Source: Rhodanobacter sp. (GTDB lineage: Bacteria > Pseudomonadota > Gammaproteobacteria > Xanthomonadales > Rhodanobacteraceae). From it: a stretch of DNA of 43,236 bases. The position numbers and the translations under genes are program-made. Positions 43,235 to 43,236 of this stretch are shown piece after piece. The DNA lies in the NCBI GenBank assembly GCA_039936515.1, contig JBDTIE010000312.1, positions 1 to 43,236 of the forward strand, given 5' to 3'. The notes under the pieces are model-generated. The model ran no database searches. It saw nothing but the letters and a program-made list of their open reading frames with translations, and was not told the DNA's origin. The stretch's first letter is position 1, and each line of letters begins with the position of its first letter.

Positions 43235-43236
43235 TG

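Overview
GC-rich chromosomal core segment, most likely from a Xanthomonadales bacterium (Rhodanobacteraceae-like). This assignment is inferred from the acetylated arg pathway genes, the long DksA, the repeat families and the gene order. Gene content from left to right: epmB (partial)/efp, mtaD-ubiG-HAD phosphatase-phytoene-synthase-like gene, folE2, yidD, dksA, sufE, cysS, a glycine-zipper gene, an argF'-(paiB remnant)-osmC-argG-argE-argB/A-argC-argH operon, a general stress protein, kynU-hypothetical-ACMSD-FUSC, efpL, SDR, RcnB-family, GNAT, GST-NUDIX, liuE/D/C-like leucine catabolism genes, rpsT, murJ-ribF-ileS-lspA-ispH, tRNA-Thr(CGT) and pilV-pilW. No integrase, transposase, prophage or CRISPR array was seen. 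The most notable unannotated signal is a complete candidate arginine-sensing transcription attenuator upstream of argF': a promoter, a 34-codon leader with clustered Arg codons, and mutually exclusive 1:2, 2:3 and 3:4 helices. Also seen: an in-frame palindromic repeat inside ileS, two gene remnants that keep ATGA coupling to the next gene, a ~270-nt highly structured intergenic element, a REP doublet supplying the argC stop codon, and three candidate leaderless genes. All calls come from reading motifs by eye; no database search was run.
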